A stretch of DNA of 64,000 bases from Candidatus Thorarchaeota archaeon. Its GTDB lineage: Archaea > Asgardarchaeota > Thorarchaeia > Thorarchaeales > Thorarchaeaceae. The stretch is taken from the NCBI GenBank assembly GCA_963726195.1, contig CAVSBO010000003.1, positions 512,001-576,000 on the forward strand, in the 5' to 3' direction. Numbering within the stretch: position 1 is the stretch's first letter; each line of letters starts with the position of its first letter. The notes under the pieces were generated by a model. It had not been told where the DNA came from, searched no databases, and saw only the letters and a program-made list of their open reading frames with translations. A program made the position numbers and the translations under genes. This document shows positions 50,825 through 61,137 of this stretch, one piece after another.

Positions 50825-52751
50825 CTACTTCTTTGGTAGCTTGCCCATCTTACCGAGATAGTCCGCTACGTCTTTCAGTTGGAGCTTCTCCAGAGTCTCT
50901 CTGTATGGCCAGCTCGTCTTCAGGTCCCACTCATGAAGAGTATAGTACCTGTCCAGCATGCCATCAAGCTCAGCACGGGAGTTCATCGCACCCTTTAGAG
51001 GACCCGAGGCTGCCCCCTCGTTCATGAGACGCCAAGGCAGATCATCATGCTGTCGGGTTGCGCCTCTTGTTATATTGAAGGCCTTTTCAAGATTAACGAC
51101 CCTGCGACCTGTTAGCATAATGTCTTTCTCAGTCATAGGTATTCCCGTGGCTGCCTCGTAGAGCCGAGCCATGTTGTCCGGGTTCACACCGAATGCCGCC
51201 GTCGATGTGAATACACAGAACCCGAGAGCCTCTGTGATCTCGTAGCAGTCTTCGTGCCAACGCACAATCTCTGCTCTATATTCGGTGAAGTGAGGAGATG
51301 CCCACTTCTTATCACCCGTCACCTTCTCGATCAGTGCCACGGCTTCAGGACTTGAACCGAATTCAGCGAAGGTCTCCGTCATCAAGTGATCATTTCCTCG
51401 CGGGTTGACAGCGAATGCAAGAGCGTATGCTTTTGCGGAACGTGTCTCAACGTTCGACTGCTCAAGACCTTTCGAGTTCATGATGGCCCACTTGTATGAA
51501 TCTTTGCCGACCTTCTTCGTCGCAATCTTGAGACCATCAGCGAGCAGATTTCCAAGCTTTCCCTTGCGGAGTGCCAGTGCCTCAAGCATCTTCAGGAGTT
51601 CAGGTAGTTTTCCCCAACCCAGCTCAAGACCGTCGGTATCCGCCTTTGTAAGAACACCTCGCTCGTATGATTCTATGGCCCACTGGCATACCCCACCAGC
51701 CGTAATCGTGTCGAGACCTAGGCGGTTGCAGATCTCATTTGCGAGTATCACACCCTCAGTATCGACAACACACGGACCGTTTCCCAAAGCCCCGAAAGTC
51801 TCGTACTCTGGGCCACCACTCGCTATGCCGGCGTGAGGACCTTTCTCAATGGCTGAATATCGGTGGCAGCCAATCGTACATCCAAAACACGCAACCCTCC
51901 TCTTGAGGTACCCCTTCTCTACGAGTGCTTGACCTGTGATTGGGTATACACTCGGAGTGTAGCCTGTTTGCCAGTTTTTGCCTGGAAGAGCATGAAGCTC
52001 GTTCACTGCTGCTACAGAAGCCGAGGTTCCAAAGTCGTGAAGCCCGATTGACCCGCTATCCTTGCGGAGAGAATCCCTCATCTCTTTCGCAACTGCCCGC
52101 GAACTTCTTGGGATCCTTCACCCTAACTGCCTTAGTTCCCTTGACGGATATGGCCTTCAAGTTCTTCTTTGCCATTACCGCGGCGCCTCCACCCCGGCCA
52201 GCAGCATGATACACTGAACACTGAATTGAACCAGCGCGCACAAGCTTCTCACCTGCAGGGCCGATATAGAGACCCCTCGAGTCGTCACCGTGCTTCTTCT
52301 TGAGCAAGAGATCGGTCTGAATCATGTCCTTGCCCCACAAGTCCTTAGCATCAAGAATGTCCACGTGGTCATCCTCGATGTAAATGTAGGAGGGCTTGGG
52401 AGCGACCCCGTGCACTACCAAGTGATCGTAGCCAGCAAACTTCAACTCTGCTCCCCAGTGACCACCGGTGTTAGTCTTGAGATACATCCCGGTTGTGCAT
52501 CCAACCGTTGTGACCGAAGTTCGACCAGAGGCTGGAGCAGTTGTGCCAGTCAACGCACCTGGAGCGTATATTATCACGTTCTTCGGATCATCCCATGTTA
52601 TGGTTGGATCCTTGCAGTAGTCCCACAGGATTTTAGCGTTGATTCCTCTGCTGCCAATGTACAACTTCCGCCATTCTTCTGGCAGCTCTTGATTCCAAAT
52701 CTTGTTGGTGCTCAAATCAACATGCAGTATCTTACCCTGATGTGCATACAT
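50825..52751 (-). CDS. aor: Tungsten aldehyde:ferredoxin oxidoreductase family (frameshift near 52095)
   Basis: GGHWGAELKFAGYD, GPAGE, AGRGG.AAVM..KNLKAI, CFGCTIGC, PEYE, GLDTI. Confidence 0.9.
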
Positions 52752-52754
52752 TTC

Positions 52755-53309
52755 TCAAGCAGCCTCCTTCGTGAGCTCACGGTACATAGACATTCTTGCA
52801 GTTCGCATCTTCTTCTTTTCCTTGAGACTCGCATCGGTCTGATCCACCCATTGCAGTGCACCTGGCACGCAATGATCGACGCAGTAGGGGTTGCCCGCAC
52901 ATAAATCGCAGACCAACGGATACTTGGCTTCCGGATGAAGCCGGATTCCATGATAGGGACAAGCAGGAACACAATCGCCGCACCCGTTGCATGCTTTCCT
53001 GTCAACCAGAATCACTCCTGACTTCTTGTCTTTTGAGAGAGCCTTTGTAGGACAGGATTCAATGCACGGATGTGGCTCGCACTGCTCGCACAATAACTGG
53101 ATTCCAAGAGCAATGTCCTCTCGTTTCATAATCTTCAGTCGTCCACGATGTGTGTCGAACAGTTCTTCCTTCGTGAGAGAACAAGCGATAGTACATTGCT
53201 TGCATCCTGTGCACTTCTCCATGTCTACAAGCAGAATCCTAGCAGGGGATGGGCCCGCCTTGCTTGTACTAGGTGCAGCAGGTTGTGGCTTGCCTTTCTG
53301 TGAGTACGT
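52755..53309 (-). CDS. 4Fe-4S dicluster ferredoxin-like partner of AOR
   Basis: CTGCKQC, CEQC..C..CP, CNGCGDC..CP, CDLC..C..C. The conserved RILLVD strand lies upstream of ATG 53222. Confidence 0.88.
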   Translation of the reverse strand, partial: TYSQKGKPQPAAPSTSKAGPSPARILLVDMEKCTGCKQCTIACSLTKEELFDTHRGRLKIMKREDIALGIQLLCEQCEPHPCIESCPTKALSKDKKSGVILVDRKACNGCGDCVPACPYHGIRLHPEAKYPLVCDLCAGNPYCVDHCVPGALQWVDQTDASLKEKKKMRTARMSMYRELTKEAA

Positions 53310-53547
53310 TTTCTAGACTGCCTCCTTCATTCGGACAGATTGTTAAAGTTGGGAGTGGGCTATCAGCCCTCCATTTTAACTCTACTCTCTGCGTTATGTT
53401 CTGCGCTGCATGTCGGTGGTTCTGGGAAAGGATTCATAACCAGCTGGGGCCAAAAGTGGCCGGTAGGCACTAGGTAAATTCCTCTTCCACTCTGCGGCTG
53501 TGGGAAAAGCCCTGACGCAGGCAACTATGACTTAATCTTGTTAAAGA

Positions 53548-55813
53548 ATGGCGGATGTAAATACATTGAGACAGCTTGGTGGAATTGAGCGGCAAGTTCA
53601 CAGGTTGGCTACATTAGTAGATGCGACGCTGTCCGAACCCGACTTTCCACGTGAGCACGCCGAGCAGGTGAACCTCGCAGTAATGAGAATGCTCCTCGTC
53701 CATGCCCTGTCACAATATGACATAGCCACTTCCATTCCTCTGACAGAGCTTCTGTCAGAGCGTTGTTCACGTGCTGGTGAATCTTACACGCAGTTCCTAA
53801 ATATGTTCAGCACAAGACAGCGACGGCCAATCCAGAAACGTAGCCTCGAAGAACCATTGGACTATGAGGATTGCTTGAGTCTCAGCCCTCTCGCTCTGGA
53901 CGTATCTGAAGGTTACGTTGGACACCTCCTTTCAGACAACCAACTACTGGAATTCGCGACTGTCATCGACAGAATGAATCTCGCCGGATACGGAAAGAGA
54001 GATCCAGTTAGCAAAGCTACTCTGCTCGGAAATGTCTACGAGTTTCTGAAGGACCGCACCAGCAAGAAAGAGCATGGAATATTCTATACTCCAGACCCAG
54101 TTGCGAGCTTGATATGTGACCTGAGTCTGAGTACATATCATCCGACTTGGGGACAAACTGATGAGACTATCGATCTGGAGTCACTCGAGTGCTTGTTAGA
54201 CCTACGCGTGTTAGACAACGCATGTGGGTCTGGTGTTTTTCTCTTGAACATGCTCAAGAAAATTGTCGGACTACTCCAAAGAGCGGCACAGGATAATCCA
54301 AAAGCCTGTCACACGCTAGAAGGTCGAGGGGCTTACCCGGATGATACGTCCACTCTCGCAAGGCATGTTGTCAAGAGTAATTTGCATGGTAGGGACTTGG
54401 ACAAGGCAGCCTTGCGAATCGCCAAGACTCAGCTCTGGCTGGCCATCTGCTCGATGGATCCGGAACGCATGCCACTTCCATTGCCAGGAGCAGACCTCGT
54501 TGCCATGGACTCGCTTCTCGTGGATACGCAACAGGCGAGTGCATTCGATATAGTTGTGGGAAACCCGCCGTACATGAAGGCATCATCCCTTCCAGAGAGC
54601 GTCAGGGACCATCTGCGGGACAAGTATCCAATCCATGGAGAATACAACTCTCATGCTCTCTTCGTACAATCTGCTCTGCGTCAGCTCAAGAGAGACGGAG
54701 TATTGGCATACATAGTTCATAAGAACATCTTCACCTTGGATAGTTTCCGTGATTTGCGTCATCTGCTGTTGGATTCGTATGAGTGCACCAATCTGGTCGA
54801 CTGTGGTCCGGGCATCTTCAGGCGCGTGACGGCAGAGACCGGCATCATGGTTGTTAGAAACTCGCATCCAGCTGAAGATTCAAGTATCAGACTCTCGAAA
54901 TACGTAAGGTCGACATCTCGCCTGCTACCCGCGGTTACGTTCTCACAGGCGGAATACTTGAGAGTGGTACGTCCGTGGGAATATCGTTATGTCTTGAGCA
55001 TAAGTGAAGAAGACAGAGCCGTCTTGAGTCTCCTTGAGAACACTGCCACGTCTAGACAAGTTTGTGTCGATCAGACGTGGAATAGAAACAGGAAGGAACA
55101 AGAGATACCTTTCCTCGTCTCCGGATGAACAAGGGAACTGGATTCCGGTCTTGCGTGGAAAGGACATCTCCGCCTTCAGAGCCAGACATCGGTTTTACTT
55201 GAACTATCGCAGAGATGAACTATCGAAGCCTGGCCCGGTGGATCTGCTTCAAACACCAAAGCTGGTCGTACAGCAGAACTCTAGACGACCGATTGCCTAC
55301 TTCGATGAGGGACGCTTTCTAGTATTGAACTCTGCCACGTATGTATCGGAAGCTCCTCCTGACTTCCTGAAGTCAGTTTGCGTCTTTCTCAACTCTGGTC
55401 TAGTCGGTTGGTTCTTCCGAAAGGTCGTAACCAACGACGCGGGGTTGACTGTCAACATTTTACCTAACAATCTCGGACTCATTCCTCTTCCCGCGCATTT
55501 CGACACGAGAGTTTTCGCCTGGCTATGTGACATGCTGACTTCACTAAACGGTGAGTCGGAACATATCATCTTCGCAGAGAAGGAATCACTCCAAAATGCT
55601 GCGGACGCCGCCGTATTAGAGTCCTACTTCCCCCAGCAGTTTCCGCGGATGCGTGTGACTCGGATTCTGTCATCTGCTGCAAGGAGACCCGTGATAGGAC
55701 AGCCATTTCCGGCTTGTGTGAGTGAAAAGAAGCTCAGGGCAGAAGCCATCCGAAATGCCTTCGACACTCCACTGGTGAAAGTAATTGCAGACCTTTCGGA
55801 CCAGACACACTAA
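53548..55813 (+). CDS. N6-adenine DNA methyltransferase, Eco57I/TaqI-like with C-terminal TRD (frameshift near 55040)
   Basis: GIFYTP, LDNACGSGVF, FDIVVGNPPY, TaqI_C-like IRRGIETG..PVLRGKDI..PKLVVQ. Confidence 0.88.
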
Positions 55814-55888
55814 CGGTTCAACCGTTGCGGGAAGGGGTGAGAAGAGAGCAAGGTCACAACGATAACGGACATAAGTGATGAGTTCCTT

Positions 55889-56515
55889 GTGAATCCAATA
55901 ACCATGACGGATTCTGAAGTCTCATCGAGGCGAGAAATGCACCCTGATGAGATTGAGTTTGACGATTTGTTGTGGAGTAGGCAACGTGAAATAAAAGAGA
56001 GCATCCACACGCTGATTTCTCATCATCCGCCCTCACTCTACGGACATTGCCTTCGAGTCTCTCTCAGGGGCCACTCAGTTTACTTCTGTGGTCGGTGCAC
56101 TGGGATCTACGGTGGACTAGCTCTAGGCATTCTCATTCTCGTCGCTGTGAACGTCCGCCTCGAACCATCGTGGGCTTGGTTCTTCGCGGCAGTTGCAGTA
56201 GGATTCGCCACCGTAATTGATTGGACTACGCAGAGATTGACTTCCCGAAAGACCACCGTGAATGCTAGAGCAGTGACTGGCCTCATGAGCGGTTTGTCGT
56301 TGGCTGTCATATTCGTACTCGCCGACTTGATCTACATGCTGGTCGCCCTCAGTGTCATGATGGGAACTATCGGGATAGTCAGCATAATCGAGAGTCGCAC
56401 AAGGAACGTCAGCTGTCCGCTCATGATACAGAGCCGAAGGACATGTTTCGCGCCTCGCCCATTCATCGAGACTGGCTCCTGTGTCGGGCTCAAGGCAAGC
56501 ATTTTAACCGAATGA
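55889..56515 (+). CDS. DUF2085-like membrane protein
   Basis: SHHP..HC..FCGRCTGIY, IDWTTQ, RAVTG. Confidence 0.75.
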   Translation: MNPITMTDSEVSSRREMHPDEIEFDDLLWSRQREIKESIHTLISHHPPSLYGHCLRVSLRGHSVYFCGRCTGIYGGLALGILILVAVNVRLEPSWAWFFAAVAVGFATVIDWTTQRLTSRKTTVNARAVTGLMSGLSLAVIFVLADLIYMLVALSVMMGTIGIVSIIESRTRNVSCPLMIQSRRTCFAPRPFIETGSCVGLKASILTE

Positions 56516-56540
56516 CACTGCTCCGAAGCCCGGTGACGGT

Positions 56541-57677
56541 ATGATTCCTGTGGCTAAACCGATTGTTGGAAAAGAAGAGATTGAAGCAGTCAGGAAGGTT
56601 TTGGAATCCGGAATGCTTGCCGAAGGAACTGTTGCTCATGAGCTTGAACATCAATTTGCAGCGTATGTCGGAGCAAAGTTCGCTGTTGCCACTTCAAACG
56701 GCACCACTGCGCTAAGCACCGCTCTTGACGCTATGAATATACAGCCGGGAGATGAGGTCATAACTACACCATTCACTTTCATCGCTTCGGCAAACACCAT
56801 AGCAATGCTCGGCGCCATCCCTGTGTTTGTCGATGTCCAACGAGACACGTACAACATTGACCCAGATTTGATTGAGAAGGCAATCACCAAGAAGACCAAG
56901 GCAATAATGCCTGTCCACATTTTCGGCATGCCTTGTGACATGAAGCGCATAATGGAAATTGCGAAAGCCCATGACCTGCTCGTTATCGAAGATGCGGCCC
57001 AGGCTCACGGAGCCGCCATTGACGGCAAGAAGGTTGGGTCGTTCGGTCATACAGCCGCATTCTCCTTCTATGCCACCAAGAACATGATGACGGGTGAGGG
57101 CGGCATGATCATGACCAATGATGAGGAGATTTATGATAAGGCTAACATGATCAAGAACCACGGTAGAGGCAAAGAGGGAGGCTACAGTCATCATCGTATT
57201 GGTTACAACAGTCGAATGATGGATCTGGTTGCTGCAATCGGCTTGGAACAACTGAAGAGACTACCAAGTGTCTTGGCAGCCAGACGAAAGAACGCACAGG
57301 CATACGACAAGATGTGCTCTGAGCTGAAAGGGATTCGTCCGCAGGCAGTCAAGAAAGGCTTCGAGTCAGCATACCACGTGTACGCGCCGTGCTTGAATTC
57401 TCCAAAAATGAATCGTGACAAGATGATAGAGTACCTCAAGCAGAATGAGGTTGGATCTCGCACTGTCTATGCTCTGCCTTGCCACAAGCAAGACACCTAC
57501 CTCAACATAAAGGACTGGCGCTGGGCGAAGTTCGTCAAGTACCCCAATTATGCAGCGTTGAAGCTGCCAAACTCCGAAGAGATAGGGGCACAGCATTTCG
57601 AGATTCCAGTACATCCATCAGTGACCGACCAAGACCGAGCCCGGATTGACCAGCTGATCAGAAAGGCGCTCGCTTAG
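56541..57677 (+). CDS. DegT/DnrJ/EryC1/StrS sugar aminotransferase
   Basis: SNGTTAL, EDAAQAHG, FSFYATKNM.TGEGG, GYNSRM. Confidence 0.95.
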   Translation: MIPVAKPIVGKEEIEAVRKVLESGMLAEGTVAHELEHQFAAYVGAKFAVATSNGTTALSTALDAMNIQPGDEVITTPFTFIASANTIAMLGAIPVFVDVQRDTYNIDPDLIEKAITKKTKAIMPVHIFGMPCDMKRIMEIAKAHDLLVIEDAAQAHGAAIDGKKVGSFGHTAAFSFYATKNMMTGEGGMIMTNDEEIYDKANMIKNHGRGKEGGYSHHRIGYNSRMMDLVAAIGLEQLKRLPSVLAARRKNAQAYDKMCSELKGIRPQAVKKGFESAYHVYAPCLNSPKMNRDKMIEYLKQNEVGSRTVYALPCHKQDTYLNIKDWRWAKFVKYPNYAALKLPNSEEIGAQHFEIPVHPSVTDQDRARIDQLIRKALA

Positions 57678-58312
57678 TCCTTCTTGAAATATGGCAGAAT
57701 TGTTCTGAGGTCCTTTGATCGGATGGTGACAGAAGCAGCACTGCCAACCCTTTCTGTTTGCGGGTTGAATGCAATGCTAAGTGACGACGACTTGAACAGC
57801 TCTAGGTCGTTCTCGCCGTCACCTACACTTGCCAAGTTCCGAGAAGAGAGCTTCTTCGCCTTTAGGTACTGAAGGACCTTCTCAGCTTTCTGAGGCCCCT
57901 GCATCACGTACTGCACTGTGCCATCATGCTTCCCGTTCTTCTCACCCAGCACGTTCGAAAAGGCAAAATCAAGGCCAAGCCTGCGAGCAAAGGGCTTCAT
58001 GAAGAACTGACTAACACCACTGGACACGCAGCCCACTTCATAACCGAGCCCCTTCAAAGACACTACGGTCTCTTCGGCACCTGACATCAGCGGGATTGTC
58101 TCAACAAGCGGGTCAAGCGTGCCGTCAACGGGAACGCCAGCCCATATCTTGGCTCCTTCAACGATGGAGTCTTTGAGCGACAACCGTCTCTTGACAACGC
58201 CCAGGAATGCTTGTTCCAGTCCCAGCTGCTTAGCAAGTGGGTATGCCGCGCTCGGTCCATCAAAAAGGACTCCGTCCAGATCCAGCACAACCACAGTAAT
58301 CTGACTTCGCAT
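57674..58312 (-). CDS. HAD phosphatase, phosphoserine-phosphatase-like
   Basis: DLDGVL, VSSG, K, GDGEND. Confidence 0.85.
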   Translation of the reverse strand: MRSQITVVVLDLDGVLFDGPSAAYPLAKQLGLEQAFLGVVKRRLSLKDSIVEGAKIWAGVPVDGTLDPLVETIPLMSGAEETVVSLKGLGYEVGCVSSGVSQFFMKPFARRLGLDFAFSNVLGEKNGKHDGTVQYVMQGPQKAEKVLQYLKAKKLSSRNLASVGDGENDLELFKSSSLSIAFNPQTERVGSAASVTIRSKDLRTILPYFKKD

Positions 58313-58695
58313 TAATCCTTCACGTCGCTCAGGTCATATAGAGATGGAACGAAAAGGCGAGACCGTATTATCGGTTTTGGTTGCGTGCCGTGTCGCAACC
58401 GTGTGCATGAGCTGGCCTGAAGTGTGAGACGGACATGAAGTGGTCAAGCATGCCCTTCGTATGAAGGCAGCATTTCTTAGTACGGGACTCCTAGAGGTCG
58501 TGTCTCAGGGGATTTGACACCGTGGAAAATGAACTTAGAATGAATGAGTGTCTCAATGTGACCAAATCGGGCTCTCTAGGCCCGCGGAGGGTCTGCTGTC
58601 TTATGAAAGACATGGACAAATGGTTAAAATACGCTAGTGCATCAAAGAACCGTAGCTACTACGCACGCAAGCAGCAGTAGTGTGAGGCGACTAAT

Positions 58696-58791
58696 GTGAG
58701 CGAAAACAAAGACAAGATTGTTCCCAAGGTTCATGGTCCGAAGAATCCCTTCAAGGGTGGAAACCCATACAAGAAGGGCGACAAGAAGTAG
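58696..58791 (+). CDS. Unannotated 31-aa Lys-rich small protein MSENKDKIVPKVHGPKNPFKGGNPYKKGDKK
   Basis: TATA-like GTTAAAAT near 58623, SD-like GAGG at 58684, GTG start, TAG followed by a T7 tract. Confidence 0.55.
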   Translation: MSENKDKIVPKVHGPKNPFKGGNPYKKGDKK

Positions 58792-58898
58792 AGGTTTTTT
58801 TCACTGCATGGGAGTATCTGCCTGGCCAAAGCCTGCGCAGATACTTGTCCTTGCAACATTGCTTCTGAATGCTCTCAGACCCCGGATGCTAGCTGCGA

Positions 58899-59849
58899 AT
58901 GACTCTGACTTTGCAAGTTCCTGAGAGTTACGATTTGCTTTCCTCCATTCACGCTTGGATCTACCCGGACATCCAGCCCGTTCCGGAAATCACATGGAAT
59001 GCTGGTTTTGGAAGGGTGTTTACATTCGATGAGACACGAGCGCCTGTGATGATAACGCAGGATTCGCCGGGCAACAGACTGCATGTGCAATACTGCAGCG
59101 AAGAAGTGAGTGCCTCCGAGGTTCGGCGCAAGATAAAGCGAATCTTGGGTTTCAGCATTGACACCAAGAATGCACTGAGACACATTGCAGACGATTCGGT
59201 CATACATCCCATCGAATCAACTGTCAGAGGAATCCACCCCTACTGCACGGATACTGTGTTCGAGGCACTGGTCAAATCCATCATCCAGCAGGAGGTATCG
59301 TATCGAGCGGCGAACACTCTCACGAAACGCATGATATGTGATTTGGGATTGCCATCTGCACTCGGAAACCGTCTTCTCTATTCATTTCCTGCTCCCATGG
59401 CCATAGTGAACGCAGGAACAAGGAAGCTATCTGAATACGGACTCGGATTCAAGGCGGGTTACGCATATGGTGTCTGTTCGGCAATAGACTCCGGGTCACT
59501 AGATGTCGAGCATCTATGGGGCAAGACCGCCGACGATGCAAGGGGAGTACTCACATCACTGCGCGGCATAGGGGATTGGACCGTTGACGCCCTTGCCATA
59601 TCGGGTCTTGGAGATTTCTCTGTCTATCCTTCTGGGGACTTGGGTATGAGGAATCTTCTCGGTAGACTATACAACAAAGGAGTACCGATGAAAGAGAGCC
59701 AAGTTGTCCAGAGAGCGGATTCGTGGGGTAAAGACGGCCCGATGGTGCTTTACCTGCTTATGTGTGCTAATGTTCTCGGGGCGATTGGCCCAGCAGGAAG
59801 TCCGAAAACGCATAAAAGGGAACCACTGAAGACCCAACCAGAATCCTAG
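58899..59849 (+). CDS. alkA: AlkA-family (HhH-GPD) DNA-3-methyladenine glycosylase
   Basis: FEALVKSIIQQ, FPAP, LRGIGDWT, P.GDLG. Confidence 0.85.
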   Translation: MTLTLQVPESYDLLSSIHAWIYPDIQPVPEITWNAGFGRVFTFDETRAPVMITQDSPGNRLHVQYCSEEVSASEVRRKIKRILGFSIDTKNALRHIADDSVIHPIESTVRGIHPYCTDTVFEALVKSIIQQEVSYRAANTLTKRMICDLGLPSALGNRLLYSFPAPMAIVNAGTRKLSEYGLGFKAGYAYGVCSAIDSGSLDVEHLWGKTADDARGVLTSLRGIGDWTVDALAISGLGDFSVYPSGDLGMRNLLGRLYNKGVPMKESQVVQRADSWGKDGPMVLYLLMCANVLGAIGPAGSPKTHKREPLKTQPES

Positions 59850-61025
59850 GTGAAGTCCTTGTCTCAGAGCCCTCCTCCCAAGCGGAAGAAGAATACCAAG
59901 ACTTGGCGAATATGGTCGATGCTCCTGAAAGAGCTAAGGCTAATCGCGATTGATAAATTCGCATTACTGATGGTATTCGCCCTGCCCGGAATGATCATGG
60001 GGACGCTTTGGGTTGCTAGACTGCAGGCTAACGTCTCGACAATCGGCACAGGTACTGGTAAGAATTCGGGCGCTCTTACCATAGGAGTCGTGGACCTAGA
60101 CCCTACTGATACTTACCCAGGCCAAGACTTGTCTGCAAACTTCACTTGGTATTTGCAAAAAAACCCTGACTTCATCGTTGTCAATTTCGCTACAGAGCAA
60201 GATGCTCTTAACGCACTGTATGACGACTCAATTACAGCGTATGCAGTAATTCCCTACGGATTCGAGGGCAACATAACTGGGGACATTCCGGCATTCATAC
60301 CGATACATATCAGTAGCACCAACTTTCAAAAGGAAGCAGCTGTGTTCGGACCGTTTGAGACTGCAGTTGCTGATTTCCGCTCTGACCACGGGTGGGTGAA
60401 GGGTGAGATTGATGTGAAAACCATCCGTGAATTCCAGCCTGTGGGAGACTACTCTGCGGCATCATTTGGTGTGTTCTTGATTGTCTTTTCGTCGTTCATA
60501 GCAGTCGCAGCGACCGCTGCCCAAGCAATCGTGGGTGATGTGCCTTTGAACAGAATGCTTCTGACACCCGCCACAAAGATGGAAGCGATTCTGGCGAAGG
60601 TTCTCGCATACTTCGTATTGGGCATGGTTCAGGCTCAGTTCCTGCTTCTGCTTTGGATGGGTCTATTTGGCATTGTTCCAAACGCAGACTACCTGACGCT
60701 CAACGGCGTGTTGGCTTTGATGTCAATTTCGGGGTCCGCTCTCGGAGTTTTCATATCAACGCTGTGCAGGACACGACTGCAGGCAAATCAGTCATTTCTG
60801 CTTCTCCTATTCAGCTCCTTCATCGTGGGCACGGGGTTTCTCGACGTCGGCCAAATTGATCAGTACTATCCCTTGAACCTTGGGCGGATTATGATAATCG
60901 ATACTGCGTTCAAGGGAGTATCGCTCTCAACGTTCTCAAGTGAGATAATCCGCATATTCGCCTTCACGTTGATCTTGATCATCCTCGCTTGGGCTGTTTT
61001 GGCAAAGAGAACCACGCTTGCATGA
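59850..61025 (+). CDS. ABC-2 family permease with extracytoplasmic domain
   Basis: LLKELRLI..DK, VVDLD, IPYGF, RMLLTP..ILAK. Confidence 0.85.
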   Translation: MKSLSQSPPPKRKKNTKTWRIWSMLLKELRLIAIDKFALLMVFALPGMIMGTLWVARLQANVSTIGTGTGKNSGALTIGVVDLDPTDTYPGQDLSANFTWYLQKNPDFIVVNFATEQDALNALYDDSITAYAVIPYGFEGNITGDIPAFIPIHISSTNFQKEAAVFGPFETAVADFRSDHGWVKGEIDVKTIREFQPVGDYSAASFGVFLIVFSSFIAVAATAAQAIVGDVPLNRMLLTPATKMEAILAKVLAYFVLGMVQAQFLLLLWMGLFGIVPNADYLTLNGVLALMSISGSALGVFISTLCRTRLQANQSFLLLLFSSFIVGTGFLDVGQIDQYYPLNLGRIMIIDTAFKGVSLSTFSSEIIRIFAFTLILIILAWAVLAKRTTLA

Positions 61026-61137
61026 AGATGCCTCAGTAGGCTCAACGACTGGCGTCCACCGTGGTTCTGATTCGACCCGCGCAATCAGAATCAAGTGCTT
61101 GACTCATCTCTCCTCTGATTCCTAGTCCCAAATTCAG

